A DNA stretch of 64,000 nucleotides from Adineta vaga (Eukaryota > Animalia > Rotifera): assembly GCA_021613535.1 (NCBI GenBank), contig CP075493.1, positions 14,632,001 to 14,696,000 on the forward strand, written 5' to 3'. Positions within the stretch are counted from its first letter, which is position 1, and each line of letters opens with the position of its first letter. The notes beneath the pieces are model-generated. The model was not told the DNA's origin. It made no database searches and saw nothing but the letters and a program-made list of their open reading frames with translations. Positions 61,021-64,000 of this stretch are shown in pieces. The translations under genes were made by a program, and so were the position numbers.

Positions 61021-62942
61021 ATGAAACAAATTAAACGTCAGCGAAGTGATAGTTTTGATGAAAACGACCGAAAACGATTTTTAACAATGGCAAGGTATGC
61101 GAGTATGTGAAACAATTTTACATAGAATTCTAATTAAATTTTTTAGTGTAACACAATTCAAAGATCTTCCTAATGAACTTATTTATGAAATATTTAATTA
61201 TCTTGATTTTTATCATGTTTATCAAAGTTTTCATAATCTTAACTTTCGATTTCAATCATTTTTTCTCGATTCAACTGTTCCATTAAAAATTAATCTCTTC
61301 TCAATGTCCAAAACAACATTCCATGATTATAATGAAGATATAATTATACCCAATCGACAACAAATTCATGTTCTTCGTATATCGAATTATTTTATGTTTG
61401 ATAATCATACATTTGCTTTATCCTATACAACTTCTCTTCGAACACTTATCATCGAAAATATTCGATCAATAAATGTGATAAATATTCTTCATCAATTAAT
61501 ATCATTATCAAATCTTTCTTCATTAACTATTTCTACTTTTGATGCTATTGAAAATATCGATTTCATTTATGAACAAATCTTTCGTTTATCAACATTAAAA
61601 TATTTGAAATTATCATTGAAAAGAAACTATCCAAGAAATATCATACCAATAACTATCAATGAATATAGTTCAATTGAACATTTAATTATCGATCATGGAG
61701 TTGATTTTAATGAATTAACTGCAATATTATCATGTACTTCACGTTTACGTCATTTGGCAGTTCTCTTATGGCATAAAAATGATTTTAGATTAATATCTCC
61801 TTGTCATGTATTAAATTATTTAACACATGTGTCTTTAAATTTATGTAGTGAAATCAAATTCGATGATTTAAAAATGTTTTTTATTAATTATAGTCCATTT
61901 GTTCAAGTACTACGTGTTAATGTTCATGAAGAATATATCGATGCTAATAAATGGAAACAATTATTATCTTCATCTTTACCAAATCTACGTATTTTTGATA
62001 TTCATTGTGAAATGGGTTCACAATTAGTTTATTTTAATAGAAAAAATATTGAAAAACAAATGAATCTTTTCAATTCTTCATTTTGGACTCAACGACAATG
62101 GTTTTTTGAATATCATCTTCATTTAGTCGATGGTTTTAATCATAGTATCTTTCGTTCAACAAATCCATACAGGTTATTAAGACAAATAGTTTCAATAATA
62201 TAATCATAAATATAGATTTCGTTGTTTTTTTCTTTCTAGACGAAAGAAATATAATTTATGTAATGAATCGATTCAAGTAACTAACAACAATCATTTTCAA
62301 ACAGTTTTCAAATCAGTTGATCATGTTCATATTATAAATGAAAAGGCACTTAATCAATCTATGTTTTGTTTTCCATATGTTAATAAACTTACTCTTGGAT
62401 GGAAACTTTCTATACATTCTTCAACATCGATTATTAGTAAAATTCATCGTATTTTACCTTTAAAACAAATTCAAATTCTCAAAATTGAATATAATCGTTT
62501 AGGTTTTCAAATAATGTGTGAATTATTATCTTTCATGCCTAATCTTCGTACATTAAAACTTCGATCAATAATATTCGAAAAAATTGATAAATTATCTATT
62601 GAACAAAATGAAATATTTCAATTAATATCGAAAACAAATTTAATTCAGCATGTTATTCTTAACGAACAATGTACATTACAGAAGCTTGAATTACTTCTGA
62701 AATTAGTTCCACGTGTACAATGTCTTCAATTATCTATACAATTAGATGATATGGAAATGATATTAGAATTTCTATTGAATAAGAATAATAAAAATACTCG
62801 TCATTTAGTCTTATTAGGTTTTTTATCTTTAGAAGAATGTTATTTTCGTTATTTAAATCAATTGATTAGATCGAAAACTTTTTTATATGACTTTAAAATA
62901 ACTTATGCTGATTATGATAATGTATTATATATGTGGTGGTAA
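61021..62942 (+). CDS. F-box/LRR-like protein of an expanded family, 3 exons
   Basis: FKDLPNELIYEIFNYLD F-box; LRR-like strands; FWTQRQWFF motif; introns at ~61095-61146 and ~62173-62239. Confidence 0.85.
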
Positions 62943-63079
62943 TAGTCAATGTACATTTAAGAGATAATAATGATTTTTGTTTTTTTTTCACGTGTACTTT
63001 TTATTATAAATAAAGAAGATATTTCGAAAGTTGTTCATTATATAGTTAGTTTTGATGACGCCAACAATAGAACGGCTGC

Positions 63080-63130
63080 TAGGGGTGAGTGTTCTTCTTT
63101 TCTTCATCCCTACATCCACACCTATCCTTC
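63080..63130. repeat. Telomere-hexamer palindromic element, copy 8 (degenerate)
   Basis: taggggtgagtgt ... acatccacacctatcc downstream of the F-box gene. Confidence 0.5.
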
Positions 63131-63313
63131 GATATATACATGACGCATGATGATTCATATATCAAATAGAAACACGTGCGTTATATGTTTTTTTTTATGG
63201 CAAGATTCAAACAACGAAAGAGAATAGAAAGAATTGCGCAAGAATATGACATGCAGAGAAAAAGGTATAAATTGAAACAAAAAAATATATATCGACAGAG
63301 TTCTTCTATAGCC

Positions 63314-64000
63314 ATGGACAAATCTGACGATTATTCAACATTGCCAAATAAAGCTCCAGATAATTTTGAATTAAAAGTTTTCGACGATATTTCCAACTAC
63401 CAATCAACTATTGAACATCTCAATTTTGATTTTGGATCAATTGAAAAGAAGACACATCTACATTTTTCTCTTATTAATCATCTTATAACAGATTTAGAAT
63501 GTCAACATTATATCAATGAAAGTGAACGAGCTGGATATACACCATTGAATGGTTATCAAACATCTTATCGTTCGAATGATCGTGTCACGATTGTTTCTTC
63601 TTCACTAGCTGATCTCTTATTTAAACGTCTATCATCGTACTTCCCCGATACAATTCTTCATCATAGTGAACAATGGCAACCTATTGGACTGAATGAAGTC
63701 TTTCGATTTTGTCGATATGGTCCTGGTGGTGTTTTTGGTGCACATCGTGATTCACATTTCTCTCGTTCGTCAAATGAACGAAGTTTCATCACAATTAATA
63801 TTTATTTGAATAAGACTGATGGTGGATGTACACGATTTCTTGATCCAAAATCTGAAGAAGTTATTTTTGCATGTCAACCCGAAGCAGGAAAAGCTCTTGT
63901 CTTTCGACATAATGAATATCATGATGGTGATATTCTTCAATCAGGTCAGAAATATTTGATGAGAACAGACTTAATGTATCGATTAATACCTGGAAATACT
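63314..64000 (+). CDS. 2OG-Fe(II) dioxygenase (P4Hc-like), runs off the window end
   Basis: YRSNDR, GLNEVFRFCRY..GGVFGAHRD (HxD), TINIYLN..GGCTRF, GKALVF.HNEYHDG, KYLMRTD; no intron seen. Confidence 0.9.
   Translation, partial: MDKSDDYSTLPNKAPDNFELKVFDDISNYQSTIEHLNFDFGSIEKKTHLHFSLINHLITDLECQHYINESERAGYTPLNGYQTSYRSNDRVTIVSSSLADLLFKRLSSYFPDTILHHSEQWQPIGLNEVFRFCRYGPGGVFGAHRDSHFSRSSNERSFITINIYLNKTDGGCTRFLDPKSEEVIFACQPEAGKALVFRHNEYHDGDILQSGQKYLMRTDLMYRLIPGNT

Noticed and set aside
1-64000. tRNA, rRNA or CRISPR loci; bacterial contamination
   Set aside because: None recognised; microbial-type genes sit among intron-rich animal genes and share their base composition

Overview
AT-rich eukaryotic DNA with short (~45-65 bp) GT-AG introns. 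Gene content (expanded F-box/LRR, nuclear receptor, PAN-Kelch and 7TM families, bacterial/fungal-type enzymes, an Asn-rich Penelope element, TGTGGG/TGAGGG motifs) points to a bdelloid rotifer; this is an inference. About 20 host genes or pseudogenes flank a 14.1-kb nested mobile-element block (18531-32670) bounded by a 12-bp TSD. The block holds a full-length Penelope-like retroelement with variant hammerhead ribozymes and an inverted 5'-truncated copy, which is split by an intact 5.9-kb CACTA/CMC transposon. Best candidates for undescribed systems: (1) an AIG1/GIMAP-like GTPase fused to a self-cleaving Hint domain, visible only after splicing, within a three-paralog cluster with operon-like spacing; (2) an 1808-aa ADP-ribosylation protein combining RRM-like domains, a microbial PARG macrodomain with a QEE>QEG change, about 14 PBZ-like zinc fingers and a DarT-like transferase fold; (3) a dispersed 50-80 bp palindromic element built from telomere-like hexamers, usually just downstream of gene 3' ends. 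All domain calls are from motif recognition by eye; no searches were run.
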